Shown here: positions 18,289 to 28,178 of the stretch, in pieces | How positions within the stretch are numbered: the stretch's first letter is position 1 | Layout of the letters: each line of letters opens with the position of its first letter | From: an uncultured Nitrospirales bacterium | GTDB taxonomy: Bacteria > Nitrospirota > Nitrospiria > Nitrospirales > NS-4 | Direction: 5' to 3' | Assembly: GCA_964472655.1 (NCBI GenBank) | Contig: CAYYLQ010000007.1 | Span: 30,479-94,478, forward strand | Length of the DNA stretch: 64,000 nt | Notes under the pieces: model-generated | The model's input: only the letters and a program-made list of their open reading frames with translations | The model's database searches: none | What the model was told of the DNA's origin: nothing | Program-made: the position numbers and the translations under genes

Positions 18289-19268
18289 CAGGGATGCGCA
18301 CGGCCTTGGAGGCGGGCCAGGTCCGTCTCCACCATTTCCCGAGCCAGTTCTTTGAACGTGACCCCGTACGTCCAGCCCAGCTTCTTTTTGGCCTTGGAAG
18401 CGTTGCCCAGCAAGGTCTCCACGTCCGCCGGCCTCAGAAACTGGGGATCCACTACCACGTGGTCGTGATAGTCGAGCCCGAGGTGCGCGAACGCGATCTC
18501 GGCGAATTCCCGCACCGTATGCTGCTCGCCGGTAGCAATGACGTAGTCCTCCGGCTCATCCTGCTGCAGCATGAGCCACATAGCCCGCACGTATTCGCGC
18601 GCATGGCCCCAGTCGCGGCGCGCATCAAGATTGCCGAGGCGCACTTCCTTGGCCAGACCGAGCTTGATCCGCGCAACATGGGAGGTGATTTTCCGCGTGA
18701 CAAACTCAAACCCGCGGCGCGGAGACTCGTGATTGTACAGGATGCCGCATGCTGCTCGGATGCCATAGGCTTCCCGATAGTTCCGCGTCAGATGAAAGCC
18801 GGCCACCTTCGAAATTCCGTAGGCGGACCGGGGGTGGAAGGGCGTCTGCTCTGTCTGTGGCACCTCTTCTACCTTGCCGAACATCTCACTCGAGGCGGCG
18901 AAATAGAATCGGCATTCCGGCGTGCAATCACGCAATGCGGCCAGCACGTGGTGCGTGCCGTTGATGTTCGCGTTGAGCGTGGAAAACTCGTCCTCAAACG
19001 AATAGGCGACGAAGCTCTGGGCGGCAAGATGGTAGCACTCATCCGGCTTGACCGCCTGGAACACCCGGTAGATGCTGGGCAGGCTCTCCAGAGAGGCGGC
19101 ATGCAAGTGGAGACGGTCCTTCAGATGCAGGATGCGCCAGAGCCGGTGCTCCGGATCTTCGATCGCCACCCGCCTGACGACGCCATGCACCTCATAGCCC
19201 TTGTCCAAGAGCAACTCGGCCAGGTATGACCCGTCCTGCCCGGTGATGCCTGTGATCAAGGCTCTCAT
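18288..19268 (-). CDS. gmd: GDP-mannose 4,6-dehydratase
   Basis: MRALITGITGQDGSYLAELLLDKGYEVHG and overall 326-aa Gmd-like sequence. Confidence 0.9.
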   Translation of the reverse strand: MRALITGITGQDGSYLAELLLDKGYEVHGVVRRVAIEDPEHRLWRILHLKDRLHLHAASLESLPSIYRVFQAVKPDECYHLAAQSFVAYSFEDEFSTLNANINGTHHVLAALRDCTPECRFYFAASSEMFGKVEEVPQTEQTPFHPRSAYGISKVAGFHLTRNYREAYGIRAACGILYNHESPRRGFEFVTRKITSHVARIKLGLAKEVRLGNLDARRDWGHAREYVRAMWLMLQQDEPEDYVIATGEQHTVREFAEIAFAHLGLDYHDHVVVDPQFLRPADVETLLGNASKAKKKLGWTYGVTFKELAREMVETDLARLQGRAHP

Positions 19269-20572
19269 TTGTCGGCCTTTGCCTCTACAGCCAGTCCAGT
19301 CGCCGCCAGTATCCAGAAGAGATAGGCGAGACTACCCGCGAACATATAGGCGAAAAAATTCCTGGCTGTAAACCCTATCACCACCATGACAAGACCGATG
19401 GTTGCTGCCTGATCCCACCACTGGTCGGCGCTAGTTCTCCATCGCCGAAGCGAGGCCCTGGCAATCGCGAACAGCGTCCATAGCAGAAAAACGAGAGCCG
19501 GGATCCCGCTGCCGACTGCAACAATCAGGAAAGTGTTATGAAGCCCAAATGGGAAAGAGTATCCCCTAAGCATGGCGGTGAAAGTGTAATCTCCATACCC
19601 CAAACCAACGAACGGGTGCTCAGCTATGGCTTTGATGCCCAATTTCCATACGGCAAGTCTGATATTAAGATTCACAGGATCAACCGTAGTGCTCTGGTAG
19701 CCAGCTTGGGACACCAACACCAGGCCCAATCCAATCGCCACGCTACCGCCCAAAACCCAAACAACGAAGCGGCGACGTCCGGCGCACAGCCCATAGGTAA
19801 CCCCTTGAGCGACCAGCGCAAGCCATCCGGCCCGGTTATAGGCGAAGAACTCCGCCACAAATGCCAGAGCCAACACAACGCCGGAGGTGAGGCGCTGCCA
19901 CCAAGCCCGCAGGATAACCACCATCGACGCCACGAGCGGAATCGCGATCACAAGGTAGGTGCTCAGCCAGTTATTGTCGGATGACGGAGCGCGGGCGAGC
20001 GGAGGGCGGTCTTTCCATGATCCTCCACGTTCCACAAAATCAACCAGCGCATACGTACACAGGACTGCCGTCACAATCACAACCGCTACCAAGACTCCTC
20101 GTGTGAGGGAGCCATCGTTCCGCACTCGCAGCACCAAAAGCGCCCAGTAGAACACCAAGGCCTGGACGACGAGCTTGCGCCATTCGGCAAAGCTATACGA
20201 AGGATCGGTTGCGAACGGGATCGTCAACAGCACCCAGCCGATCAGCAGGAGGAGTGGCACGTCTATCGGACTACGAATCCAGATCACTCTTCCTTCCCGC
20301 CAGCCGGTCCATAGAGCAACCGCGAGCAAGGCAAAGAACAGATACTCTTCAAGATGAAACAATGCAGGGAAAAAGCTCATGCCTGTAAGCAGGACAAGCC
20401 CTGTACCCTGAGCTTTCCAGATCAACGTACAGGCCGATCGCACGCTGCCGGCTTGGTTCCCTCTCTCTACCTCTGGCAAGACGACGGTCACATCCGCCAT
20501 TGTTTCAGCCTCTAGGTTTCCGCGCAGTATAGTGCTCTCTTTTCGCTCTGGCAATGAGAATCTCGGGGGCAT
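19265..20572 (-). CDS. O-antigen ligase/polymerase family membrane protein (WaaL/Wzy_C-like)
   Basis: Multi-pass hydrophobic protein with a GLHNTFLIVAVGSGIPAL loop motif typical of the O-antigen ligase family. True start uncertain (an internal MADVTVV is possible). Confidence 0.7.
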   Translation of the reverse strand: MPPRFSLPERKESTILRGNLEAETMADVTVVLPEVERGNQAGSVRSACTLIWKAQGTGLVLLTGMSFFPALFHLEEYLFFALLAVALWTGWREGRVIWIRSPIDVPLLLLIGWVLLTIPFATDPSYSFAEWRKLVVQALVFYWALLVLRVRNDGSLTRGVLVAVVIVTAVLCTYALVDFVERGGSWKDRPPLARAPSSDNNWLSTYLVIAIPLVASMVVILRAWWQRLTSGVVLALAFVAEFFAYNRAGWLALVAQGVTYGLCAGRRRFVVWVLGGSVAIGLGLVLVSQAGYQSTTVDPVNLNIRLAVWKLGIKAIAEHPFVGLGYGDYTFTAMLRGYSFPFGLHNTFLIVAVGSGIPALVFLLWTLFAIARASLRRWRTSADQWWDQAATIGLVMVVIGFTARNFFAYMFAGSLAYLFWILAATGLAVEAKADK

Positions 20573-20656
20573 CCCATTGCAGACATACCCTCTCGATTTT
20601 CGCTAGCTTGGAGTGTATCCTCTGCCTGGTTCAAAAAGAAACTCGGGATTAATCTT

Positions 20657-21508
20657 ATGAGCGTACTAGGGAGACTTGCGAGAAGTTACAGGCTTCTGAA
20701 ATGGAGGGCTCTTGCGAAAATTTCAATCTGCGACACCGTGTCGACGGACGTTCAAGGCAAGGAAATGTATTTGGATCTTTCAGATAGAGTGCATTGCGAA
20801 ACGTTATATGTGACAGGTGTTTGGGAAAAAGATGTGACCGCGTATTTAATGAAACTAATCGAGAGTGGAATGGTGGTCGTCGATATTGGAGCCAATGTTG
20901 GCTATTACACGCTGCTGGCAGCCAAAAAAGTAGGTGGCCATGGGAAGGTATTTGCCTTTGAGCCGGAGCCGTCTCGCTATGCTCTGCTTGAGAAAAATAT
21001 CAGGGTCAATGGCTTCAAAAACGTTATTCTTGTTCAAAAGGCCGTTTCAAACAAAACAGGCCCAGCCCGACTATATTTGGACCCCAGACACAACCCTGGA
21101 GACCATCGATTATTCGACTCCTTTGATGGCAGAGAATCTGTTGCGGTGGAGACCACGAGCTTGGATGATTTCTTCAAGGACAAGGACCAAGTTGTTCATG
21201 TCATTAAAATGGACATCCAGGGAGCAGAGATGGTGGCTCTTGAAGGCATGGCCGATACAATCAAACGACACCGTGATCTAACACTCATCACGGAGTTTTG
21301 GCCGGACGGGATGAAAGCATTCGGGTTTTCGCCGACGGAATTCCTGAGCGCACTTGTAGGATACGGCTTTCATCTTTATATTCTAAATGAGCAGACACAA
21401 TCTCTACAGGAAATTGAGCCGGAGCAGGTGATGAAAATATGCACAACTGAAATATATTTGGTGTGCAGAAAGGAAACGCCTTGCTATCCGGCCAACACCT
21501 CGCGATAG
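20657..21508 (+). CDS. FkbM family methyltransferase
   Basis: VVVDIGANVGYYTLLAAKKVG..GKVFAFEPEP motif. It is the only plus-strand gene inside the glycan cluster, is visibly lower in GC, and its 3' end overlaps the convergent GT4 by 25 nt. Confidence 0.8.
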   Translation: MSVLGRLARSYRLLKWRALAKISICDTVSTDVQGKEMYLDLSDRVHCETLYVTGVWEKDVTAYLMKLIESGMVVVDIGANVGYYTLLAAKKVGGHGKVFAFEPEPSRYALLEKNIRVNGFKNVILVQKAVSNKTGPARLYLDPRHNPGDHRLFDSFDGRESVAVETTSLDDFFKDKDQVVHVIKMDIQGAEMVALEGMADTIKRHRDLTLITEFWPDGMKAFGFSPTEFLSALVGYGFHLYILNEQTQSLQEIEPEQVMKICTTEIYLVCRKETPCYPANTSR

Positions 21509-22587
21509 ACCTGGATCAAGTCTCTGGCGGACCGCTCCCAAGAAAACGCTTTCACGCGGAGAGCACCCTTTCGTTGGAGATCTTCTCGGAGATTTGCGTC
21601 GTCCAGGACTCGCGTCATCGCCCGTGCCCAAGCCTCCGGATCGCGCGGGTCTAGGAGCAACGCCGCATCGCCGAGCACTTCCGGCAGAGAAGATGCGTTC
21701 GAGCTCACAACCGGCGCGCCGCAGGCCATGGCCTCAAGGGGCGGCATACCGAACCCCTCATACAGCGACGGGAACGCGAATAAAGCGCATCCGGCATAGA
21801 GCGCCCGCAGGTCATCGAGCGGCACGTGGCCAGGAAATACGACCGCCCGTTGCAGGCCCGCGCGGCCGACGGCCGCGCGGATCGCCTCCGCGCCGTGGTC
21901 CATGCCGCCGACCACGACGAGATTCATCGTATCCCGCAGACAGGGCGCGCGTCCAAAGGCTTCGACCAGCAACGCGATGTTCTTCCGCGGCTCCGAACCG
22001 CCGCACGACAGCACGTACGCGTCCCGATGGATCCCATAGCGTGCTTTCACCGCCGCGATCATGCCGGCGTCGGCGACCGGGGCGAATTCTGGACCGACGG
22101 CCGGGCTCACGATGGCGATCCGCCCACGCGGGACTCCGTACAGTTCAACGATATCCTTCGCCGAACATGCCGAGATCGTGACGACCCGCGAGGCCCGCAG
22201 CGCCGTCCGGCGCGTCCGCAGGAACGAGCGCCGCTGCCCGAACAGCTTGCGCGACGGGAGACCGAGGCGGTCCACGGACAGGTCATAGATGGTCACGACC
22301 CCTCCATGCCTCCCCCATCCGCGCAGCTTGAAGTTCAAGCCGTGAAAGAGATCGACGCGGTCCCATCGCGGGCGAAGCCCCATCAGCCAAACCGGACATT
22401 GGATAATTTTGACATGGGGCTGGGCGCTAAAGAACTCTCGGTCTTTCGCAGGTAGCGGACGAGGGGTGTACAGGAAGAACTCGTGCTCAGGAGCAACGCG
22501 GACGAGCGCGGTCAGGAGATGCGCGATGTAAGTGCCGATACCGGCCCGATTGTCGGCCAGAGGACTGACATCAAGCGCAATCCGCAT
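21484..22587 (-). CDS. Glycosyltransferase family 4 (GT-B, group 1)
   Basis: [43 protein letters not shown]. Confidence 0.85.
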   Translation of the reverse strand: MRIALDVSPLADNRAGIGTYIAHLLTALVRVAPEHEFFLYTPRPLPAKDREFFSAQPHVKIIQCPVWLMGLRPRWDRVDLFHGLNFKLRGWGRHGGVVTIYDLSVDRLGLPSRKLFGQRRSFLRTRRTALRASRVVTISACSAKDIVELYGVPRGRIAIVSPAVGPEFAPVADAGMIAAVKARYGIHRDAYVLSCGGSEPRKNIALLVEAFGRAPCLRDTMNLVVVGGMDHGAEAIRAAVGRAGLQRAVVFPGHVPLDDLRALYAGCALFAFPSLYEGFGMPPLEAMACGAPVVSSNASSLPEVLGDAALLLDPRDPEAWARAMTRVLDDANLREDLQRKGALRVKAFSWERSARDLIQVYREVLAG

Positions 22588-22615
22588 CGCGTCACCGCCT
22601 CAGCTCCCCGTCCCG

Positions 22616-24115
22616 TCACACGGCCTTCAGGCCGGCCGTCGCGGTCGATCGCAAAATGTTCGCGGGGATCGTGCCCTGTCCCATCGAGTGCTCGTACCGG
22701 ACGGCCGGGGCCCCCGCATTGTAAGGGATGCCCAGCTTGGTCCGGACGTCGGCCTCAAGCCAGTCCCGTTGCCGCACCAGTTCCTTCGCGTTCAGGTGGT
22801 CGGTATAGACGTAGGACGTGTACTCGCCGGGGACTCCCTTGTAGTACTCGGCCACCTCGCGATAGTCCACCTCGAGACTGTGCAGCCGGTCGCCGGTCTT
22901 GGCATAGGTATAGGTCCATACACCCGGCTTGGTCTCTATGGCCTCGTCGAAATACGGCGTGCCAGGATATGTCGTGATGACCGTGGCGTCGAAGTCGGCC
23001 GGCTTGACCGCCAGCAACCAGTCGCGGGTCGCCCGGACGGTCTCTTCCGACTCGCCGGGATGCCCGACCGACATCAGCGCCTTGACCTTGAGGTGATGCC
23101 GCCTAGCGATGTCCATGGCGCGGGTGTTCTCGGCCTGGCTCGCCTTCTTCTGGATGTTGGTGAGAATGCGCTCGTGGCCCGACTCGAACCCGATGAGGAT
23201 CCACCGGAAGCCCGCCCGGTACATCGCCTCCGCCTGCTGGTCCGTGAACAGCTCGGCCTTGATGAAGCCGCGCAGCCGGAACTCCACGCCGAGGTCATGC
23301 TGAGCCTTGGCGATCAGCTCCATCAACTCCACGATCTTGGGATTGACGTTCAGCTCGTCGTCGTAGAGCATGAACCCTGTCACGCCATACGTCTTGTAGA
23401 GCTGGACCATCTCCTGGACGATGTTCTCGGACGTCCGCATCCGGATCCGCCGCAGGAACGGGCTCATCCGGCCGCCGCAGAACCCGCAGCCGAAGGGACA
23501 ACCGAGCTGGGCGATCATCGAGAGCGCCCGTACGCCGTCGATGGTGTACTTGTAGCTGTCCACGTCTATGAGGTGCCGCGCTGGGAACGGCAGCTCGGTC
23601 AGCTTCTGGTTGGTGAGGAAGAGGTCCGATTTCGGATCGTCCCCGTCCACCAGCTTGGGAGGATTCTTCTGCAAAGCATCGAATACCGCCATTTCGCCGT
23701 CGCCGACGACCAGGACGTCGAACATCTCTTCGAGCAGACGGAACGCCGTGGCCGCGCGGCCCGACATTCCACGCTTTTGCTCGTACTTGTAGGCGGCATG
23801 GATCAGGGTCACGTGCGGCCCGCCCAGGACGATCCGCGCCGAGGTCTTGGACGCCCGGATCGCCCGATAGATCTTTGTCGCCGCCGGCATCTGCGGGGTT
23901 GTGGCGGTCAAGCCGTAGCAGGTCGCGCCGCTGGTCTTCGCATGGTCCCGAATGACTTCTTCGTAATTTTCCACGCCCGAGAGGTCCAGCATCTCCACCT
24001 CCACACCGGCCTGCTCGAGGACGGCCGCCACCTTAAGAATCCCCAACGTCATGAAGACGCGCTCGTCCAGCAGAAAGATGGACGGCGGGGTGATCAGGCA
24101 GATGCGTTTGCGCAT
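22616..24115 (-). CDS. B12-binding-domain radical SAM enzyme (class B)
   Basis: N-terminal cobalamin-binding-like Rossmann segment (ICLITPPSIFLLDERVFMTLGILKVAAVLEQAG) and radical-SAM cluster AQLGCPFGCGFCGG. Confidence 0.85.
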   Translation of the reverse strand: MRKRICLITPPSIFLLDERVFMTLGILKVAAVLEQAGVEVEMLDLSGVENYEEVIRDHAKTSGATCYGLTATTPQMPAATKIYRAIRASKTSARIVLGGPHVTLIHAAYKYEQKRGMSGRAATAFRLLEEMFDVLVVGDGEMAVFDALQKNPPKLVDGDDPKSDLFLTNQKLTELPFPARHLIDVDSYKYTIDGVRALSMIAQLGCPFGCGFCGGRMSPFLRRIRMRTSENIVQEMVQLYKTYGVTGFMLYDDELNVNPKIVELMELIAKAQHDLGVEFRLRGFIKAELFTDQQAEAMYRAGFRWILIGFESGHERILTNIQKKASQAENTRAMDIARRHHLKVKALMSVGHPGESEETVRATRDWLLAVKPADFDATVITTYPGTPYFDEAIETKPGVWTYTYAKTGDRLHSLEVDYREVAEYYKGVPGEYTSYVYTDHLNAKELVRQRDWLEADVRTKLGIPYNAGAPAVRYEHSMGQGTIPANILRSTATAGLKAV

Positions 24116-24123
24116 GAGGGGTC

Positions 24124-24618
24124 CTATCCTTTTACCGCACGCAATGTGACGGACATGTTGTCTACCACATTCCAGAGGTACCGTCGGAACCGTTTCTGAA
24201 AATATTTTGGAAAGTACCGAAACGGTTTTCGCATATCGAAATCGATCTTCTCGATCCGGAAATTGGTCCTGACTCCGTAGTCCGTCGGTGATTCGAAATA
24301 TTGAAACGTATCTTCGGTAATGAATCGAACGTGCGTGGGATCACGAAAAGCGCCGCGCGACGTGTAATAGGGGACGATGACGCGGACTTCGGCCCCGGGT
24401 CGGCACACGCGATAGACTTCCTCCATGAACGGAATGAGGTCTCTGATATGCTCCATGATGTGACTCATATGCACGACATCGACCGCGTTGGTCTTCAAAG
24501 GCACCGCGTGCTCAAAATCGCAGATGATGTCGACGCCCGGCTCCTTCCGCCGATCCAGCCCGAACGCCCCGCTCAGCTTCCTCGCGCCACACCCAATGTC
24601 AACGATCACCGGCATCAC
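24124..24618 (-). CDS. Small class I SAM-dependent methyltransferase
   Basis: VIVDIGCGARKL motif I. 164 aa, with a 4-nt overlap with the upstream gene. Confidence 0.65.
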   Translation of the reverse strand: MMPVIVDIGCGARKLSGAFGLDRRKEPGVDIICDFEHAVPLKTNAVDVVHMSHIMEHIRDLIPFMEEVYRVCRPGAEVRVIVPYYTSRGAFRDPTHVRFITEDTFQYFESPTDYGVRTNFRIEKIDFDMRKPFRYFPKYFQKRFRRYLWNVVDNMSVTLRAVKG

Positions 24619-25706
24619 AGCGCACGTTGACAGATCTCCAGGAAATATTCCGCCCTCCGCTCACACGTGTGGTATTTCAACAGATGGGCGTAGCCGTCAT
24701 TGACGATGGCTTCCCGTTCCGCCTCCTCATGGAGGTAATGTCGAACCAAGCCCGCAAGATCGCCGAGGTCGGCCTTACAATAGACGGCATGGCGGCGATC
24801 TTCAAACCCATGCGGAATGACGGCCTCCGGCACGTCCGAGAGCAGCATGGTCCTCATCGCCACAATCTCGTAATACCGGGGGGACGCCGTCCGCCCTCCG
24901 CCCCGCAGCGCGACCGCAACCCGCGAGGCGGCTATCTCACGATAGTAGGACTCGGGCGCCATTTTTTTCAGCTGGTCGGCCTCCGACGCCCGCGTATTTT
25001 GAAAGACCTTCGCGCGCCAGCGTTCGAGTCCGCCAGCTCTCAGTTTGTATTGGCGATCCTCCGGGCCGGCGTACACGCCGCCGGAGAATCGAATCTCTTC
25101 CATCCGCGACAGGATGGCGACCGCCTTGACTCGCCGGGGGTGAGATGCCCTCCCCCGGTACGAAACGTCGATCTCCTTGGGAACCGATCCGAAATTCGGC
25201 AGGGCCTCCACCACAAGCGACAAAGGCAGCGGGACGGTCCGGGCAAACAAGCGGCGATCGCCGTGGAAAGTCCAGAGAACATCCCAGAACTCACGCAGGG
25301 AATTCCCCTTCTTCCACACGTAGTCCCGTTTGAAATAGCCCTGAATCGGGTAGCGCCCGCGAACGTCATGGCGAATATGCGCGTCGTCTCCCCCATCCAC
25401 AAAGACCAGCGACGGGAAGGGCGCCCGGGCGTAGAGCTCGGCACACTCTTCCAGACAATCTTGACGAAATGAGGCCAGGCAGACCAAGTCGAAATATCGG
25501 TCCCGGAGTCGATCCAGGATTTCTTCGCGGCTGAAGCGCCGACCAGGCCGCTGGACCAGATACCAGGGACGGCTCGCCGGATCATGGAAAGCCGGCTTAT
25601 ACGGATAGTCTACGATCTGTTCGTCCCCAAGTACTCTGGAAAGACCGATGTAGAGGGGGTCAGCCGTATAATCAAGATGTTTGTCTGTCAAGAACAGGAT
25701 CCGCAC
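24615..25706 (-). CDS. CgeB-like glycosyltransferase-family protein (Glyco_trans_1_2-type C-terminus)
   Basis: C-terminal MRTMLLSDVPEAVIPHGFEDRRHAVYCKADLGDLAGLVRHYLHEEAEREAIVNDGYAHLLKYHT resembles the CgeB/DUF3880-type domain. Assignment is from memory of the family only. Confidence 0.5.
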   Translation of the reverse strand: MRILFLTDKHLDYTADPLYIGLSRVLGDEQIVDYPYKPAFHDPASRPWYLVQRPGRRFSREEILDRLRDRYFDLVCLASFRQDCLEECAELYARAPFPSLVFVDGGDDAHIRHDVRGRYPIQGYFKRDYVWKKGNSLREFWDVLWTFHGDRRLFARTVPLPLSLVVEALPNFGSVPKEIDVSYRGRASHPRRVKAVAILSRMEEIRFSGGVYAGPEDRQYKLRAGGLERWRAKVFQNTRASEADQLKKMAPESYYREIAASRVAVALRGGGRTASPRYYEIVAMRTMLLSDVPEAVIPHGFEDRRHAVYCKADLGDLAGLVRHYLHEEAEREAIVNDGYAHLLKYHTCERRAEYFLEICQRAL

Positions 25707-25776
25707 AGGCTTTCTCCGTTCTCCAAGGGTGCTGATTATACATTAGGTGGCTAGGAGGATAAAAGAACAATGCGGT

Positions 25777-26547
25777 TCAAACGCCGCTCTGCGCGACATG
25801 CGCACGTTCCCAGAGTTTCGCGTACTTGAGCAGAAAATAGGCGGCCGAAACGCCGCACATAATCAACCCGGGCAAGCCATCCCGGTACCCACGCCGGAGC
25901 AGGTAAAATTTCACAAAGGCCCACGCAGGATTGACAATCAGATGATACCATGCCGACTCCGGCTTCCCGGCTTTGATCCGCTCATCAGCCGCCAGGGTGC
26001 TGTACCGCTCGATCTTCAGCTCGTGGGACGCCATCGTCGGATGGGTGTGATGGTCCAGATGCCCATCGAGGTCGCCGATGGGTCCGTCCACTTCGAGGTG
26101 TTCGTGCACTGGCAGATCGTTGTACCGGCCGTGCCCACGCCGGACGAGACGCAGTTGGAGATCGGGATACTGGCCCGCCCCTCGAATCCAGCGCCCGTAA
26201 TAGAAATTCCGTCTGGGAATCCGATAGGCAACTGCCGGACCGGGCTTTTGGATGAGCGCCTGGATTTCTTCACGTAACCCGTCCGAGACGCGCTCGTCGG
26301 CGTCCACAATCAGAATCCAGTCCGCCGTGGCATGATCCATGGCGAAGTTCTTCTGCAGACCGTATCCCGGCCACGCACGCACGAACACTTTGGGCGTATC
26401 GGCCCTGGCCAACTCGACCGTGTGGTCCTTGCTCTCGGCATCCACGACGATCATCTCGTCTACCCACTTCAAGGACTCCAGACAAGCGCGTATATTCGCC
26501 TCTTCATTCTTCGTAATGGTGACGGTGGCGACCGTTGCTTTGTTCAT
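25777..26547 (-). CDS. Glycosyltransferase family 2 (LPS-core WaaE/KdtX-like)
   Basis: MNKATVATVTITKNEEANIRACLESLKWVDEMIVVDAESKDHT. Start placed at ATG 26547, 8 nt after the upstream stop, rather than 26658. Confidence 0.8.
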   Translation of the reverse strand: MNKATVATVTITKNEEANIRACLESLKWVDEMIVVDAESKDHTVELARADTPKVFVRAWPGYGLQKNFAMDHATADWILIVDADERVSDGLREEIQALIQKPGPAVAYRIPRRNFYYGRWIRGAGQYPDLQLRLVRRGHGRYNDLPVHEHLEVDGPIGDLDGHLDHHTHPTMASHELKIERYSTLAADERIKAGKPESAWYHLIVNPAWAFVKFYLLRRGYRDGLPGLIMCGVSAAYFLLKYAKLWERAHVAQSGV

Positions 26548-26554
26548 CGCCGCA

Positions 26555-27307
26555 TCATCGAACGAATACGGTTCGATGTCCAAACTTCCGAAAGACACCC
26601 TTGCAATCCGGAAACGTCTTGCTGAAACGGACGAGGCGAGGCGCTCGGAACAAATCATTGCAATTCGCCAGCAGCGCGCTCTTCATTCCCCTAAACCGAC
26701 AGAGCCGTCCGTCTCTGGTGCAATCAGTCGTCCGATCGCGGACCTCGACCTGAAACGCAGATCTCCAGTAAAAGATCGTGGTTTTGGCCCTTCGGCGGAA
26801 ATAGTGTTGCGCTTCACCAAACTCCACGCTGGCATAGAATTCCCGCATGAACTGTCCATCGGGACAGGAACAAAATTCGACGATTGTCTTCTCGGTCCGC
26901 GGCTCAAAAATCAGAACTTTGGGTTGTATCGAGTACACGAACCATTTGTGAACAGTCTCGCTAAAGACCAGGCCCTGCTCAAGCAAGGGGCTGGGAGTTT
27001 CGATATATCCTGCAGCTCCCACCCTCGTGATCTCTCGACATGCCGACTCAGGCGAGTCGACGTGCTCCAGGACATGGGCTGCGTACACATAATCGAACGA
27101 GCCGGACTGAAACGGGAGAGTCGTCGCGTCGCCGACGATCAATTTTGCGGACTTCGGCACTAGAAGCTGATTCCAACCACGTTGACGCCCTTGCGTGGGA
27201 TCACTATCCATCACATGGGTGACCCCTTGGAACGGGTTGTGTCCAGCGCCGATATCCAAGATGCGGCGTGCGAAGTACGGTCTCTTCCAAAACGGCAACC
27301 GTTTCAC
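26555..27307 (-). CDS. Class I SAM-dependent methyltransferase
   Basis: RILDIGAGHNPFQG motif I and FDYVYAAHVLEHV. Confidence 0.7.
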   Translation of the reverse strand: MKRLPFWKRPYFARRILDIGAGHNPFQGVTHVMDSDPTQGRQRGWNQLLVPKSAKLIVGDATTLPFQSGSFDYVYAAHVLEHVDSPESACREITRVGAAGYIETPSPLLEQGLVFSETVHKWFVYSIQPKVLIFEPRTEKTIVEFCSCPDGQFMREFYASVEFGEAQHYFRRRAKTTIFYWRSAFQVEVRDRTTDCTRDGRLCRFRGMKSALLANCNDLFRAPRLVRFSKTFPDCKGVFRKFGHRTVFVR

Positions 27308-27329
27308 CTGGAATGCCCTCTTCGCTTCT

Positions 27330-28175
27330 CTAGCCCCTGAATCCCCGCCGGAGGATTGCCCGGTAGAACGCCGGCCGCAACCAGCGATTGCGTCTCGGTT
27401 TGAGGATCTGAGACTGCCCGACGCGCTCGCGCATCACGCGGGGATGGCTGCCGCGAAACTCCTTCAGAATCTCGTAATCCTCGAACTCGAACGTGGCCTG
27501 CGTATACAGCTTCGCTTCCGAGGGCGGCGGGACGTCTCCGTGATAGACCTTGGTCTGCTCCTGCTTTTTGGCCAGCATGGTCTTCGGTGCTTTGACCCAC
27601 CCGTAGTGGAAGACGCGGGCCCCTGAAGACGCCAGCCATTCGCGGGGCCCGCTCTGCAGGTATTGTCCAGTGGCCTTGAAGTGAAAGCCGACCGCATCGC
27701 CGCAGGACTCCACATCCCCATTGTTCCGGATGATGCGGACCGCCTTGTGATAGAACCATGGATTGGTGGACCAGTAGTCCCCGACGAAGTGCAGGTACCG
27801 GAACATCAAACCCTTGACGTCCGGATTGCGGAGGTGAGTCTGCATGGCTTGGACAATTGCGGGCAGATCTTCCTCATGAATGACCTCATCGGCCTGGAGG
27901 TAGAACGCCCAGTCTCCCGAGCAGGACGCCAGCGCGGTGTTCGTCTGTTGCGAATAGATCAGTCCGTCTTTCCGCAAGGTTTCATCCCATACCGATTCGA
28001 CGATCCGGATCTTGGGATCGCCGATGGACCGGATCATCTCCAGCGTGCCGTCCTCACAGCAACCCACATTGACGATGAACTCGTCGACGATCGGCAGGAT
28101 GGACCGGATGGACTCCACGACCGGATAGTCATAGCGCACCGCGTTACGGCAAAAGGTGAAGCCACTGACCTTCAT
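27330..28175 (-). CDS. Glycosyltransferase family 2-like protein
   Basis: MKVSGFTFCRNAVRYDYPVVESIRSILPIVDEFIVNVG and an acidic YLQADEVIHEEDL motif. Confidence 0.65.
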   Translation of the reverse strand: MKVSGFTFCRNAVRYDYPVVESIRSILPIVDEFIVNVGCCEDGTLEMIRSIGDPKIRIVESVWDETLRKDGLIYSQQTNTALASCSGDWAFYLQADEVIHEEDLPAIVQAMQTHLRNPDVKGLMFRYLHFVGDYWSTNPWFYHKAVRIIRNNGDVESCGDAVGFHFKATGQYLQSGPREWLASSGARVFHYGWVKAPKTMLAKKQEQTKVYHGDVPPPSEAKLYTQATFEFEDYEILKEFRGSHPRVMRERVGQSQILKPRRNRWLRPAFYRAILRRGFRG

Positions 28176-28178
28176 GCG

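Noticed and set aside
22532-24199. 555-aa plus-strand ORF. Similar cases are 15192..16478, 36273..37520, 40369..41616, 42916..44190, 54339..56081 and 57906..58907.
   Set aside because: All are antisense to genes with clear family motifs (B12-rSAM, GT2/GT4, WaaF-GmhB, MsbA, LpxB/oxidoreductase, HD protein, M23 peptidase). They have a biased Arg/Pro/Gly/His composition and are high-GC artefacts.
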